The notes under the pieces: model-generated
The model's input: the letters and a program-made list of their open reading frames with translations, nothing else
The model's database searches: none
What the model was told of the DNA's origin: nothing
Shown here: piece by piece, positions 1 through 14,210 of the stretch
Layout: every line of letters begins with the position of its first letter
Position numbering within the stretch: the first letter of the stretch is position 1
Assembly (NCBI RefSeq): GCF_001194135.2
Contig: NC_069001.1
Span: 23,962,616-24,026,615, forward strand
Origin: Octopus bimaculoides
Lineage: Eukaryota
DNA length: 64,000 nucleotides
Direction of reading: 5' to 3'
Translations under genes and position numbers: made by a program

Positions 1-697
1 AATGATAATAATGGAATGATGATGATGATGGGTACCTTTTACCTACTTATCTTTTATTTCACCCATTGGACAGCAGCCATGCTGTGGCACATCCTCAAAG
101 ACAAAGAAATCAGCCCCAGTATGGATAGAAATGAAAGTGAAAGTAGAAAAGCATTTGAAAATTAGAATGAAATCTGAACAGCTTGATAGAGTCTAAAAAT
201 AAGTTAGAAAACCCTCTTTAACTTTTAAACTCTTGCAGCAGCAGCTCTCTGTATTGCAAAGCTGTTCTCCCAATGATTAGAAACCACATGCAACATCATT
301 CATTTTTATGAATGAATTATTCCACAGAAACAAATAATACAAGGGAAACAATTTTTTTTTTCACTACCTTGGCTTCCTGTGATTAAAAAATGTTTATTTT
401 TGCTGGTGGTGTTTTGTTTGTACAGATTTTTCACAATTAATTACACCAACAAGTGAATTTCTTAAGTGCCAAACACCTATAAATTTTAACAAAGGAAAAT
501 CTCCCTGGAAAACAAAAATTACAATTTTGTTTTATTGAATTATTTTAGAGTTAACTAACGAAACAGTTAACCCTTTTGATGTGAACCTGCCTATGACTAT
601 CCTTGGTTCTATGATATAAAATTACTGTTTAACCCGTTAGCATGTACACTAATCTATCAAATGTAATGCTTATAATAATAATAGTAATAAATGCCCT

Positions 698-1260
698 GAT
701 GCAGTACCAGGTATTGCCTCTCATGGCTTCTCATCTTAATTGATTGGAAGTGTTATCATGTACATTGTTTTGTCTTGGTGTGAAAGATGGGCTACAGCAA
801 ATATTCTGCTCAATGCCACAGATTTGCTTGTCAGTTGTTTGACCTTAACCAGTTGAGCATGTCCTTTGGTAGTTGATGATATGTGCATCTCTGATCATGA
901 GCAGAAGTTGTGGAGGAGCATCATAGCCATGTGTTGAGAGGAATTCTTTGGGATTTGGATAATTCACCTTGGGAAACATGCGTGTTTTGTTCAACATCTT
1001 TACACAACCCTTATTCAAGGACCATTTGAGCAGGATGGGCTACTCATCCTGAATAAAATTCTAACTGGGCCCCACTGGCAAGATCATGCGCTGCTTATAT
1101 CGATATGTGATCACCATGTTGTGCACACATGGTTGTGATGCGTGTGCCTGGTGTACCCTTATCAGACCGATAGTCATGATGGGTATACTGGGCTTCGTAT
1201 ATTTTACTCCTGTGTCACTTTGATGTCATGCACTGCTCTCTCACTCAATAATAATAATAA
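698..1260 (+). repeat. Interspersed repeat of unknown class ending in (AAT)n
   Basis: A higher-GC block bounded by (AAT)n tracts, consistent with a retroposed element. The family is not identified. Confidence 0.3.
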
Positions 1261-1344
1261 TATAGCTGCTTTAGGTATGATTAAAAAACATTCAGACAAA
1301 TAAATAACCAAACCACCAAGACTTACGAATGTATACAGCGTACA

Positions 1345-1721
1345 GAAAATAACACTACTAGGCACTGCACACATTCTACATAAAACACTTTCAATACCAG
1401 GAAAATAAGAGCACCACAACAAACCACAGCTGACACTCAAGGCACACAGAGCTGTGCTCGGTAGTGCAGTGGAAGCACGTGATAAAAATAAAACTACTGA
1501 ATAATAATATTAATAAATTCAAATTACGATGAACGTAAACAAACAAATAATAATAATAATAATGATAATAATAATAATAGCACTGCACACATCCTACACA
1601 AAACACTTTCAATACAGTAACCATAAGAACATCACTGCAAACCACAGCACATACCCAAGGCACACAGAGCTGCGCTAGGTAGTGAAGTGAAAAGCACGTT
1701 ATAAAAATAAAACTACTGAAC

Positions 1722-1750
<29 letters not shown>
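1345..1750 (+). repeat. Diverged direct duplication of a ~170-200-bp unit, each ending in (AAT)n
   Basis: GCACTGCACACAT..CAAGGCACACAGAGCTG..AAGCACGT.ATAAAAATAAAACTACTGAA occurs at about 1362-1505 and 1580-1725. Confidence 0.8.
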
Positions 1751-1760
<10 letters not shown>

Positions 1761-2348
1761 CCATTCTAGTGTATGCTCAAGGCCTGAAACTTTGGGAGAG
1801 AGTCTACTTGATTACATTGACCCTAGTACTAACCTGGTGCTTAATCTGTCAATCTCCTGAAAAGATGAAAGACAAAGTCTTTTAATTAATCATCCATGAT
1901 CTCACAGCATTGAAATTTTGATGATGTTATATATTTATACAATGACTTTGTAGGGTAGGTGTGAAATGTCAGATCTCTCTAGCTTTGACATAAAACAAAT
2001 TGAATATTTGAGCTAGATATGGCTGGTTTAAATTTTAATGAGTTTAAGTGATCTGAGTTAAAACCTTGCTGCACAATTTCATATTAATTTATTTTCCAAA
2101 CAGCAGCTTAATGACAGTTATTTTACTAAATTTTTCATTATTTTCCAAATTAATTTAAATAAATGCAATGTATTTCAATAGAATCATGGTAATAAAAGAG
2201 GCTTATAGATTTGCATAACTAGACGTAAGATATGGTTTTGTAGTATTGGTTTGGATTGTAATGTACTTAAATTCTATAGACTGCAAAGCTAGCCATTAAC
2301 TAAAAGACTAAGATTACTAGTGTGTGGTATTACTTTAAAGAGATTTGT

Positions 2349-2643
2349 TGTATAAGGCAGGAACAATGTGAGAAGGTACAAAGCAAACTATAAAAGGAAA
2401 AGAAAACTAAACTAAGTTTTAGTTTTACTTTGTCTTTCTAAATTTCAGGGCTATAACCTCTTCTTCAGGACATTTGGCAAAGCAGAGCAATGACTTTTCC
2501 ATCTCTCACTTTTACAAATGTTCTGAAGAAGGGGTTAGTGCCCCAAAATATAGAAATACAAGGTAAAACTGTAACTTTGTTTTGTTTTCTTTTCCTTTTG
2601 TAGCTTACTTGTTACGTTCTTGCATCGTTCTGGCTTTATACAA
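2349..2643. mobile_element. Old inverted repeat; each arm carries a degenerate hammerhead-like motif
   Basis: Arms 2349-2475 and 2516-2643 are reverse-complementary but diverged. The right arm has CTGAAGA-A-GGGG-ttagtg-CCCC-aAAATATA (about 2523-2552), and the left arm has the minus-strand counterpart. Confidence 0.55.
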
Positions 2644-3429
2644 AAAATATCTTTAGAGAAACATCAATAGATATTTAATTACTTTACATTGCAAAATTAA
2701 GAGGTGGGTCTGGGAAGAAGACAAATGCATTTGTGGTGAATTTAAAGATGGCAATTGGAAATGTTAAATTGTATGAAGTGTAGAGTCTAATATTTAGGAT
2801 CTTATCATTATGATCTGACTATACCTAGGTGCTGAGGGAGCTTGCCTTCCTTGTCACTCATTAAGATAAGGTGCTTTGTGTGGCTATGAGTTGTTTTAAC
2901 TCTTATTTCGAGCAGTACTGGTGCTGACTAGTGCCCTCACACACCTTAATGATGTATATATATATATATATATCATCATCATCATCATTTAACGTCTGCC
3001 TTCCATGCTAGCATGGGTTGGACGATTTGACTAAGGGCTGGCAAGCCAGAAGGCTGCACCAGGCTCCAATCTGATCTGGCAGAGTTTCTACAGCTAGATG
3101 CCCTTCCTAACGCCAATATATATCATCATCATCATCATCATCATGTAACATCCGTTTTCCATGCTGGCATGGGTTGAATGGCTTGACCAGAACTGGCAAA
3201 CAGGATAGCTTCCCCTGGTTCCAGTCTGATTTTGGCCTGGTTTCTATGGCTGGATACTTTCCGCACATCGTTAGCAGAGGTATTATTATATGGCACTGGC
3301 TTGGATGCTGTTGCATGGTACCAGCAGAAATGGCCTTTGTTGTGATGCCAACACAGGTACGTATTACATGGCACCAGCACAGGGACCTTGCAGGCCAATT
3401 CCCTTAAGTAGGGGGAGCAGCATAAACAT

Positions 3430-3605
3430 TTCTGCTGTGGAGGATGAGTCTTCTTGAGTTCAGCAAGGCACCAAATATCTTGGTCCTTTGTCTTCTCCTT
3501 TGTAAGATTCAGTGTTCTGAGAATCTCCTTCAGCACTTTGTTCCACGTCTTCCTGGGTCTCCCTCTTCCATGAGCTCCAATCTGAGTGATCAGCGTGATC
3601 AGCAC
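3430..3605 (-). mobile_element. RTE LINE 3'-terminal fragment
   Basis: GAHGRGRPRKTWNKVLKEILRTLNLTKEKTKDQDIW. Confidence 0.8.
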
Positions 3606-3702
3606 TTCTTTATGGAGCTGTCTTCGTCCATCTGCATCACACGACCAGACCAGTGCAGTCTTCTCTCTTTCATTCTGCTGCTAATTCCTCTTATGTCTAA
3701 CT

Positions 3703-3848
3703 TCTCAGTTTCTGCCTACCAAATCCACTTATAAGGCTTTGGTCAGTCTGAGGCTATAGTCAAAAACACTTGACCAAGGTGCCACACAGTGAGACTGAAC
3801 CTGGAACCATGTGGTTGGGAAGCAAGCTTCTTACGACACAGCCTTGCC
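3703..3848 (-). mobile_element. SINE family A head half
   Basis: Reverse complement of the family head. Similar partial copies lie at about 5292-5455, 10210-10350 and 21657-21832 (-), and 12610-12700 and 63436-63610 (+). Confidence 0.8.
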
Positions 3849-4329
3849 TATACCATATAGCAGTGTGTGTGTGTGTGTTTGTGTGTGAGAGAGAGAGAGA
3901 GAGTGCGTCTGTATGTGTGTGCATGTATGCATATATGTATATACACATCTGGAAACAAATAATTTCCCATCCAACCTATGCTAGCATAGAAAACTGAATG
4001 CAGAGGAAATGAAAAATAAACAACACGGAGATGGTGATGTTGATGACGATGATGAAAATAATGATAGCGATGATACCTCCAAACTCACACATACACATAC
4101 ACATATGCATACTGGTATGCATATGTGTAGATGTATACATATACACGTGCGTACGCTGTTGCTGTTGACATTGTCAGAATAAAGCCTGCAGCAATCGCTG
4201 TGTCATGGACAGAGTCTGTGTAGAGCAGTGGATTAGATTTTCATCTAACTGAATAATAAAAGCACATGATGTGTGAATAATTGCACTAAAATACTTTGGC
4301 TAGAGCAGGATTCAATTAACAAATACTTA

Positions 4330-5150
4330 ATAGCCTGGTGGTGGCAGCAGTGGCAGGGGTGGTGGTTGAAGTGATGATGGTGATGATGGTGATGAGGAGG
4401 AGGTTGGTGGTAGTAGTCTTGTTGTTGTTGCTGTTGTTGTTGTTGTTGTTGTTGTTGTTGGTGGTGGTGGTAGTGGTGGTGGTGGTGGTGGTTGTGGTGG
4501 TAGTTGAAGTGATAATGGTGATGATGATGAGGAGGAGGACGGTGGTGGTGGTGGTTGAAGTGATGATGGGGATGATGATGAGGAGGAGGGTGGTGGTGGT
4601 GATGATAGTGGTAGTGGTGGGGGTGGGGGTAATGAATATGATGATGTTGATGAGGGTAATGGTAGTGATGATGGTGGTAATGAAGGTGATGATGATGAAG
4701 ATGGCTAGGATGATGATCATGATGATGTTGGTGTTGGTGCTGGTGCTAGTAGTGATGATAATGGCGATGATGATAATGATGGTGGTGTTGCTGCTGGGAG
4801 TGCTGATGGTAATGGTGGTATGGTTATGATGCTGCTGATGATGATTGAGGAAGCTGAGGAGGTGGAGAAGGAGGAGTGGGAGGAGGTGGAGGATGGTGAT
4901 AGTGGTGATGATGATGATGATGGTGGTGTCAGTGGTATCAGGGGTGGTGACGCTTGTGCTGCTTGTTGCACTTTCATGTAGTGATTGGATTTGTGGTCAT
5001 AATGATGACAATGATGACAAGGATGATGATGATAGGCATGTGACAGCAGCGATGGTGTTGATATTGATGATGATGATGATGATAGCAGTGATGACGATGA
5101 TGATGATGATGATGATGAGAGTAGTGGTGGTGGTGATGTTATTGGTTGAA
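4330..5150. repeat. Compound trinucleotide microsatellite (GTG/ATG/GAG/TTG)
   Basis: Visible low-complexity mosaic; it generates spurious poly-V/M/T ORFs. Confidence 0.95.
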
Positions 5151-6872
5151 GCAGTATTCTGGGATGATGTAAAAACTAATCTTCATAGACTTTGTCCTTG
5201 AAGGCTAGAAACATTGACTGTGTGAGCAAACATATTGAATCTTTGGATTCCCGGCCACACACACACACACACACACACGCACACACACATGATGGACTTC
5301 TTTCAGTTTCCATCTACCAAATCTACTGACAAGGCTTTGGTCAATATGAGGCTATAGTAGAAAACACTGGCCTAAGGTGCCACACAGTGGGACTGAACCT
5401 GGAGCCATGAGGTTGGGAAGCAATCTTCTTACCACACACCCCACACCTGTGCCATATAGCAGTAAATAATGAGTCTCCCACAGTTTTAATGAGTATTTAG
5501 TGATTTAATCGGCTGCACAACCTGCTCATTGAATTAGCACCTTAAGTGACTGAGTATTCCATAGACATGTGTACCCTTAATGTAATTCTCAACTGGAGTA
5601 AGAGTGATAGAGAGAGTGAGACAAGGGTGGATCTTAAGGTTACTGATATGATCCATCTGTGGAGCTTCCACATAGCTTCTGTCTGCCTGATTTCATTTAT
5701 AAAGTCTGGATCTGCCTGAGGTGATCAGGGAAGAAGGCAGGCAAGATATCATGCGATGGGATTGAACCCAGGACTTTGTAACTGTAAAGCAAACTTCTTA
5801 GCCATTCAGTCATGTTGCCTTATAAATGGTAATGATTATGATAAGGAAGAGGAGGAGGAAAAGAAGGAGGAAGAAGAAGAGGGTGAGGAAGAGGAGGTGG
5901 AGGAGGAGGCAGAGGTTGATGAGGGGGAGGAGGAGGAAGTAGAAAACAAAGAGGAGGAAGAAAACAAAGAGGAGGAAGAAAAGAAGAGGAAGAAGAAGAC
6001 AAAGAGGAGGAGGAGGAGGAGGCAGAGGATGATGATGATGAAGAGGTGGCAGAAGAGGATTCTAAGTGTGAAGGGTAAATTCCTTGGCTGGGAATGCCTT
6101 TAATCATAAATCTGCTCAGTCTCTGCTAGCCTAAAACATAACATCAACAACAATGTCAACAATGACCAAAAGTCTAGTCAATCAATCAAAGAATAACAAG
6201 TAGTTATTGACATTTTTGAGTGATGGCAACAAGTAATTATAGACAATTAAATCATAAATGGTGATTGTTAATATTTGAACAATGACTTTTACTGAACTGT
6301 GAGACTCTCGCTTCTTTTAGTTGAAAACATCATCATCATCATTTGATGACATCGATTGTCCATGCTGGCATGGGTTGGATGAATTGACCAGAGTTGATAA
6401 GCTGAGGGGCTGCACCAGACTCTAGTCTGGTAGGGTTTCTGTGGTTGGATGCCACCCTTCCTAATGCCAACCACTCTCAGAGTGCAATGGATGCTTTTGT
6501 GTGCCACTAGCAATGGGTGCCAGTTGCCTGACACCAGTAACTACCATGACAACGATTTGACTTGGCTTGATGGGTCTTCTTTCCAAGCACAGCATATTGC
6601 CAAAGGTCTCAGACATTTGTTATTGCCTCTGTGAAGCCTAACACTTAAAAGGAGCTTTTTGCATACCACTGGCATGGGTGCCAGTTATGTGGCACTGATA
6701 ATAGCCACAGCCATGGTTTCTCTTGGCCTGATGGGTCTTCTCAAGCACAGCATATCACCAAAGGTCTTGAGTAAAAAATAAACCCTAAGTTAGATAAATG
6801 TCTCAGTGTCCCTGAAGGATTAACAAGATTAAATATTTACATTTTTATACCCATTAGGTTATTTTATGCCTT

Positions 6873-7640
6873 ATTTTATCTCCATTTAAAAGTGGATGTT
6901 GTGTTAGTACACAGAATACTGCGATAGTTACCATGAGAGAACTTCTCAGATGGTTTTGTGGTGCATATATCCACTTCTGTTTACATTGCTAGTGAGAGAT
7001 AACTCAGCAATTGCTGCTGCTGCTGCTGCTGCTACTACCAGATCATGTAATTTTGGCCTTCCTTGGCCTTGTCAATGGTGGACATTCAGCTGCTGGAAAC
7101 AACAGTGATATTTCTGCTAGTGGTATACTTAGAATCTCTGAGCCTAATCAGGCACTGGGGTCATGAATAGGCAGTGGGTTTTTGTTGTGTCGACGACCCC
7201 AGGCGAAGAAGTAGGATCTCCCAAGACATATAAATAGAGGTTGTCTGGCCATGGTAAGAGTGTTGAGTAGCAGTTGTGTAGCAGTTGTGTAGCAGTCGAA
7301 TAGAGATCATCCGAAGGTGGTAGATAGCAGTAGCTTGAGACATAACAGTTTATTAAAAAACAGAAGCAGTAAGTATTAATACTAAATGGTAATATTTATC
7401 CCCACTTGAAAACAGATATTGTGTTAAAATACAGAATATTGCGATAGTTACCATGAGAAAACTTTTCAGATGGTTTTATGGTGTTTATAAGCACAATTGT
7501 TTATATTCATAGAAGGAGATAACTCAGCCATTGCTGTTGCTGAGATTACCAGACCCTGTGATTTTAACCTTCTTTGGCATTATCGATGGTAGACACTCAA
7601 CCACTGAAAATAGCAGTGATACCTCTGCTAGTGATACTCT
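6873..7640. repeat. Local diverged direct duplication (~250 bp: 6873-7130 and 7393-7640)
   Basis: Both copies share CAGAATA.TGCGATAGTTACCATGAGA.AACTT.TCAGATGGTTTT.TGGTG..GAGATAACTCAGC.ATTGCTG..CAGTGATA..TCTGCTAGTG.TA. A partial third copy lies at about 8415-8460. Confidence 0.85.
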
Positions 7641-7845
7641 TTTACTCTTTTACTTGTTTCAGTCAATTGACTGCAGCCATACTGGAGCACCACCTTTAGT
7701 CGAGCAAATTGACCCCTGGATTTATTCTTTGTAAGCTTAGTATTTATTCAATCGGTCTCTTTTGCCAAACCGCTAAGTTACAGGGACGTAAACACACCAG
7801 CATCAGTTGTCAAGCGATGTTGGGGGGACAAACACAGACACACAA

Positions 7846-8123
<278 letters not shown>

Positions 8124-9009
8124 ACGGGCTTCTTTCAGTTTCCATCTACCAAATCCACTCACACTTTCAGTTTCCATCTACCAAATCCACTCACAAGGCT
8201 TTGGGCGGCCCGAGGCTATAATAGAAGACACTTGTCCAAGGTGCCATGCAGTGGGACTGAACCCGGAACCATGTGGTTTGTAAGCAAGCTACTTACCACA
8301 AAGCCACACCTACGTTTACAATCTCTGCGCCTAATTAAACACTCATGTCCCAAATACCCAACATGTTCATTAGAAAATAATTATTAGTAACAGGGGCAGT
8401 ATTAATGCTAAAAGATAATACCTAGCTCCACTTAAAAATGGATGTTCTGTTAAAACATTCAGTGGGTATAAAAATATAACATTTTAGTATTAAACTGCTT
8501 CTGTCACTAATAATTTTTTATTTACATTCCATATTTTATAACTTTAGAATTTAGTTGTAAGCAGTGTTGGTGGATGTTAAATGGAGAATGGCATAGTGAC
8601 ATTAGGAAAAGACCAAGAAATAAAAGATCTGCCATGCAAAAGACAGCGATGACATTTGAGTGGAAATGTTTTAGTAGAGGCTGTCGTCTACAATAGCCCC
8701 AAGCTGACCAAAGATGGAAACTGAAAGAAGCTCATTAGATATGTATTTGTGTGTGCATATGTGTGTATGTGTGTGTGTGTGTGTTTGTTCACCACTGCTA
8801 CTTGACAACTGGTGTTGGTGTGTTTATACCCCCATAACTTAGTGGTTTGGCAAAAGAGACTGATAGAATAAGTACCAGGCTAAGATAAAAATAAGTGGTA
8901 GGGTCAATTTGTTTGAGTAAAATTCTACGAAGCATTGCCCCAGCATGGCCACAGTCTAATGACTAAATTTAAAGATAAAAGTTCTAAGTATGTATGTATA
9001 AATATATGT

Positions 9010-9247
9010 AGAGGTCTGGCCAAAAGTCACCCGACAGTAAATCAAAATTCCATATTTATTTAAAATTCAATTTTATTTATTCATTCCAATTATGAATGTT
9101 TAATAATTGAATGCTGTGAGTTAAAATCACCGTTTTTCTTTCAACATTTGTCTATTATCGAAGTCTCATATGAAATAATTTTTTTGTTTTATTCTTGGAG
9201 TTAAATGGGTTTTTTTGATTTACTGTCAGGTGACTTTTGGCCAACCT

Positions 9248-9249
<2 letters not shown>
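9010..9249. mobile_element. MITE (~240 bp) with ~38-bp TIRs, Tc1/mariner-like
   Basis: GAGGTCTGGCCAAAAGTCACCCGACAGTAAATCAAAA pairs with TTTTGATTTACTGTCAGGTGACTTTTGGCCAACCTT. Context is TA-rich. Confidence 0.8.
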
Positions 9250-9297
<48 letters not shown>

Positions 9298-9574
9298 AAT
9301 AGAGCAAACTTACTCTTTTATCACTCTACCCCGAACAAGGAGGCTGGATTTTTGCAATGTTTGTTTGCTTCCAATACTTGTTGCAAATATTTTGTGAACT
9401 ACATCTGCCAACAATATGAGATAACTGTGAGCCCCCAGAAACAGCTGTCACGCTTGTAATACCTTCTCTCCTTTAATACTTTGAGCCTATATAATATGTA
9501 TATAATATGTATATAATATGTATATAATATGTATATAATATGTATGTATATAATATGTATATAATATGTATGTA

Positions 9575-9800
9575 AGGCGGTGAGCTGGTAGAATCGTTAG
9601 CACGCCGGGCGAATTGTTCAGTGGTATTTTGTTTGCCATTATGTTCTGTGTACAAGTTCCGCTGAGGTCAACTTTGCCTTTCATCCTTTCTGGGTGAATT
9701 AAATAAGTACCAGTTATGCACTGGGCTCGATGTAATCGACTTAATCCCTTTTTTTTGTCCACTCTGTGTTTAGCCCCCTGTGGGCAATAAAGAAATATAT
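9575..9800 (+). mobile_element. Family-C SINE
   Basis: Same consensus as 24695-24925. Other copies lie at about 25785-26005, 35005-35220, 45670-45900 and 1760-1880 (-), and 38045-38190 (+). Confidence 0.8.
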
Positions 9801-11689
9801 ATATAATATGTATGTATGTATATATGTAAGTATGTGTGTATATATGTGTATGTACATATGTATGTATGAGTGTGTGCATACATATGTATTATATGTGTAT
9901 CATCATCACCATCAGCATTAATTTAACATCCTTGCATGGGCCAGGGAGAAGTTTACTGAGGTAGATTTTCTTCTGGTTGATGTGCTCCCTCTCACTACGC
10001 TTCATCTGTTTCTCCGTGACCAGACATTTATGCAGCATAATGGAAGTCAATTACATCTCTTGTATCACAGTAACATTCATTTACAATTCTCAGATGATGT
10101 CAAGACACGGAAACACACACATACAAACACTAATATTCACACACCCTTATGCATAGATGCAGATACTCTCACAGACCCCTGCTCATATAGTGCAGAAATA
10201 TACGACAATCTTCTTTCAGTTTCCGTCTACCAGACCCATTTACTAGGCTGCAGGCCACTTGGGGCAATAGTAAATGACAGATATCGAAGGTGCCATGCAG
10301 TAGGATTGAACTTGAAATGAAGAAATTAGGAAGCAGTCTTCTCAACACAGAGCCATGCCTCTGAATGCTTATACACACTAATATAGTTATTCATTGAACA
10401 AAATTTGTGTAAAATATAAATATCATATATAAATATATATATAATATATATATAACCATATATAAATATATATGATATATATACATCATATATATAATAT
10501 GTATAAATATAATATATTATATACATATACAGAATATCATATGTAAATATATATGATACATATAATATCATATATAAATATATGCAATATAATTTTATAT
10601 AAAATTATGCCATTTTTTTTTTATTGTTCAAATATGTGTTAATAGGAACAGTGTTGTCCATAAATATTTTAACAAGTTCTCACAAGTAGGATGGAGATAA
10701 TTAGATGCAAATTGTGGACTTGAGAGATTTTAGTCTTGCTTTTTCATTAGGAGGGAAAATATGTGCACTTAAGGAAAAAAAATATATATAAAATTTCTGT
10801 CTTTGGTTCTGTTGTTGAGATTGTGAAACACAATGGAGTTGTAGAGTAATATGTTGAGATAATGGTAGGAAAGGAACCGTTATATAAAAGGTGGAGACAC
10901 ATCTGTAAGGTGTTAGTAGTATTACAATATAGAGATGAGTTTGTGTTGCCGCAAAGTTGTGGAGCATTGTCTTCATGATGGTTTGTATATCAAACACTGA
11001 TTTGTGTTATATGTGACCTAGAATGTATATTATAGCATGGAAGTCATGACTCATTATCTTTATAAGAATGAAAAAAAATTTCTTTTTTTTTTTCTCCTTT
11101 TACACCATTGCTACTGTTCTGCAAATATTCAATATCAATTAAATTCATTTAAGTTTCACAATGATATGGGGGTTACTAACAATAGCCCTCTTATGTACTA
11201 TGTGCTTAGCTTTTATAGTTTTAAAAGTATTTTTGAAATAATCAATAATACGTTCAATATTATAGAATTTTCAAAATATCCAGATAATCAAATATGCAGC
11301 CCAAATTGTGATATACAAGAGCAGCAACATTTGTTTCCAGATGTATAAGCAGTATGCACTTGTAAGGCATAATTGTACTTTAAAATCAATTATAAGGTAT
11401 GTTATTTGGCCATAAGCAAAGTAAATATCTAATTTATTTTAGAGACCATTTTCATTTTAGCTTTTATTATGTTGGCACTTATTGATATAGATCAGCTACA
11501 ATAACCTTGAATTCCAGTAATTATATATAATTATGCATTGCAATGTGTTAGCAGCTGTGCAAGACTAAAATATTTTAGAGCTATGGTAAAGGAACTAAGC
11601 CTTTGTGATGCCATCTTTGCTCTGTAGAATATAAGTGAACCAAATTAGATAATTTTTATCAAACAATAAATCAAGCAATCAGATCATCC

Positions 11690-12020
11690 ACTGCTTTCCC
11701 ACTGTAGGGTAAAGACCTTCCCTCTTTATCATCATTTCTATCAGTTTTGGATTTCTAATCTCATATTTCTTTTTCACATATATCCAACTCATCTTGTTTG
11801 TTGCTGTTTTCTCTTTCTTAGTGGTTTTTTTAAGAATTCAGTCTGTTTTATCATTTTCCTGTTGTCATTCATTTTCTGGATGGGTCCATATTGTTTATAA
11901 TCCCAATAACTGCATAAAATCTATTCACAGCTCTTACTGATCATTCTCTCCCTCTCTTCCAAATGTGAGTAGCCATGTAACTCCTCCAGAAGAATCTGCT
12001 CTGTACACCACTTCTCTAAC
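11690..12020 (-). mobile_element. Decayed RTE-like LINE 3' end
   Basis: Minus strand gives MNDNRKMIKQTEFL..RKRKQQQTR* and ends GGTCTTTACCCTACAGTGGG, resembling RTE termini. Confidence 0.45.
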
Positions 12021-12027
12021 ACTTTAT

Positions 12028-12266
12028 TTAACCGTTTTGCATTCAGATTACTTTGCCAAAAGGCAACACTTATTGATACTTATTCAAGACACATTGTCTT
12101 GAATAAAATATGCGTGCTTTCCTAGCTTTGAGGTTTTGCTGATGTGATTGTTTATTTTCAGAATAACATTGTAGAGTAGGCATGAGAGGCTGGATCTGAC
12201 CAGTTTGAACATAAAACAGTAGAGTATTTGGGCCTGATATGGTCGGTTTAAATGTCAAAGAGTTAT
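12028..12266. mobile_element. piggyBac-type MITE copy
   Basis: TTAACCGTTTTGCATTCAGATTAC ... AAATGTCAAAGAGTTA, with an interior shared with 19085-19268. Confidence 0.55.
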
Positions 12267-12764
12267 ACCATCATCTTCTAGGATTATGCTGACCCATTTA
12301 GTACCACATCTCCACACAGTCAAAGAGTTTATATTCTTGTGAACTGCATGTTGACCTCAATAGCGTCAGTGGCATGAAAATGGCACTCAGTACACTCTGT
12401 AAAGTGGTTACCATTAGGAACAGCATCCAACCATTGAAACCATGCCGAAGCAGAAACTGCAGCACAATGCAGTTCTAAGACCCAAACCAGCCGATGCAAC
12501 ATGCCAGTGTAGAACATGGACATTAAACGTTGATGGGCATAAAATACCAGAAAGAGACAAAACAAATAGTGATTTTTTACTAGAGTAACCAATATATTGT
12601 GGGTTATAAAAAAAGTCAGGTGTTGCTGTGTGGGACCACATGGTCCTGGGTTCAATCCTACTGTGTGGCACCTTGGGAAAGTGTCTTCTACATGGCAACA
12701 ATCATAAATTATTTCATTAAGTCTTTTTGGCAATGGCTTTTCTCATGTAATGAGGGTGCAGCTA

Positions 12765-12811
<47 letters not shown>

Positions 12812-13164
12812 NNNNNNNNNNNNNNNNNNNNNNNNNNNNNNNNNNNNNNNNNNNNNNNNNNNNNNNNNNNNNNNNNNNNNNNNNNNNNNNNNNNNNNNNN
12901 NNNNNNNNNNNNNNNNNNNNNNNNNNNNNNNNNNNNNNNNNNNGTATATATATAATTATATATATATATATATATATATATTGTATATATATAATTATAT
13001 ATATATATATATATATATATTGTATATATATAATTATATATATATATACACACATATATTATATATATATACATATATATATATACACACACATACATAT
13101 GTGTGTGTGTGTATGTACATATGTGTGTGTATGTATATATGTATGTATATGTATATATTTTCTT

Positions 13165-13559
13165 TTAATTTTCTTTTATTTGTTTTACTTGCTTCAGTCA
13201 TTTGACTGTGGCCATGTTGGAGCACTGCCTTTAGTTGAACAAATTGACCCCAGGACTTATTATTTGTAAGCCTAGAACTTATTCTATCCGTCTCTTTTTG
13301 CTGAACTACTAAGTTATGGGGATGTAAACACACCAACATCGGTTGTCAAGTGATGGTGAGGGGAGAGACACAGACACACAAATACATACATATATATGAT
13401 GGTCTTCTTTCAGTTTCTGTCTACCAAATCTAGTCACAAGGCTTTGGTCAGACTGAAGCTATACAGTTGAAGACACTTTCCCAAGGTGCCACACAGTGGA
13501 ACTGAACTTGAAACCATGTGGTTGGGAATCAAGCTCCTTACCATAAAGCCACACCTGTG

Positions 13560-13562
<3 letters not shown>
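13165..13562 (-). mobile_element. SINE family A, full length
   Basis: Same head and tail domains as 7640-8312. Confidence 0.85.
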
Positions 13563-13596
<34 letters not shown>

Positions 13597-14210
13597 CTTT
13601 TATAAGTAATATTCTAAAAGAATATATAACTGAACTTATGTTGAGTGCTCAATTCTCTTGAGCAAATAAATGAGTGTTTGACACTCGAAACTTCAACAAA
13701 GGAAGAAACGAACAAATTTTACACACTTCAGAAGGATTAACGTGACAAGGACAGTATATATTATTATTTTTAATTTTTAGTATTCTTAATTCTTAATATT
13801 TCTAATATTTTAATATTATATAGGTATATAAAGGGTTCTTAATGCATCTCTGAAGAATGNNNNNNNNNNNNNNNNNNNNNNNNNNNNNNNNNNNNNNNNN
13901 NNNNNNNNNNNNNNNNNNNNNNNNNNNNNNNNNNNNNNNNNNNNNNNNNNNNNNNNNNNNNNNNNNNNNNNNNNNNNNNNNNNNNNNNNNNNNNNNNNNN
14001 NNNNNNNNNNNNNNNNNNNNNNNNNNNNNNNNNNNNNNNNNNNNNNNNNNNNNNNNNNNNNNNNNNNNNNNNNNNNNNNNNNNNNNNNNNNNNNNNNNNN
14101 NNNNNNNNNNNNNNNNNNNNNNNNNNNNNNNNNNNNNNNNNNNNNNNNNNNNNNNNNNNNNNNNNNNNNNNNNNNNNNNNNNNNNNNNNNNNNNNNNNNN
14201 NNNNNNNNNN

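Noticed and set aside
4316-5201. Long poly-V/M/T/S ORFs
   Set aside because: They are translations of trinucleotide microsatellites. The same applies to the YI/CV/TH-repeat and X-filled ORFs throughout the track.
9330-9460. CCCAGAAACAGCTGTC matching the 3' half of the HHR at 37296
   Set aside because: The 5' core is not detectable, so it is not counted as a ribozyme.
11230-11380. Minus-strand peptide VAALVYHNLGCIFDYL with a TPR-like look
   Set aside because: There are no convincing splice sites and an in-frame stop follows shortly.
13660-13700. GAGTG-tttga-CACTC-GAAAC hairpin resembling an HHR 3' half
   Set aside because: No CUGANGA is recognisable upstream.
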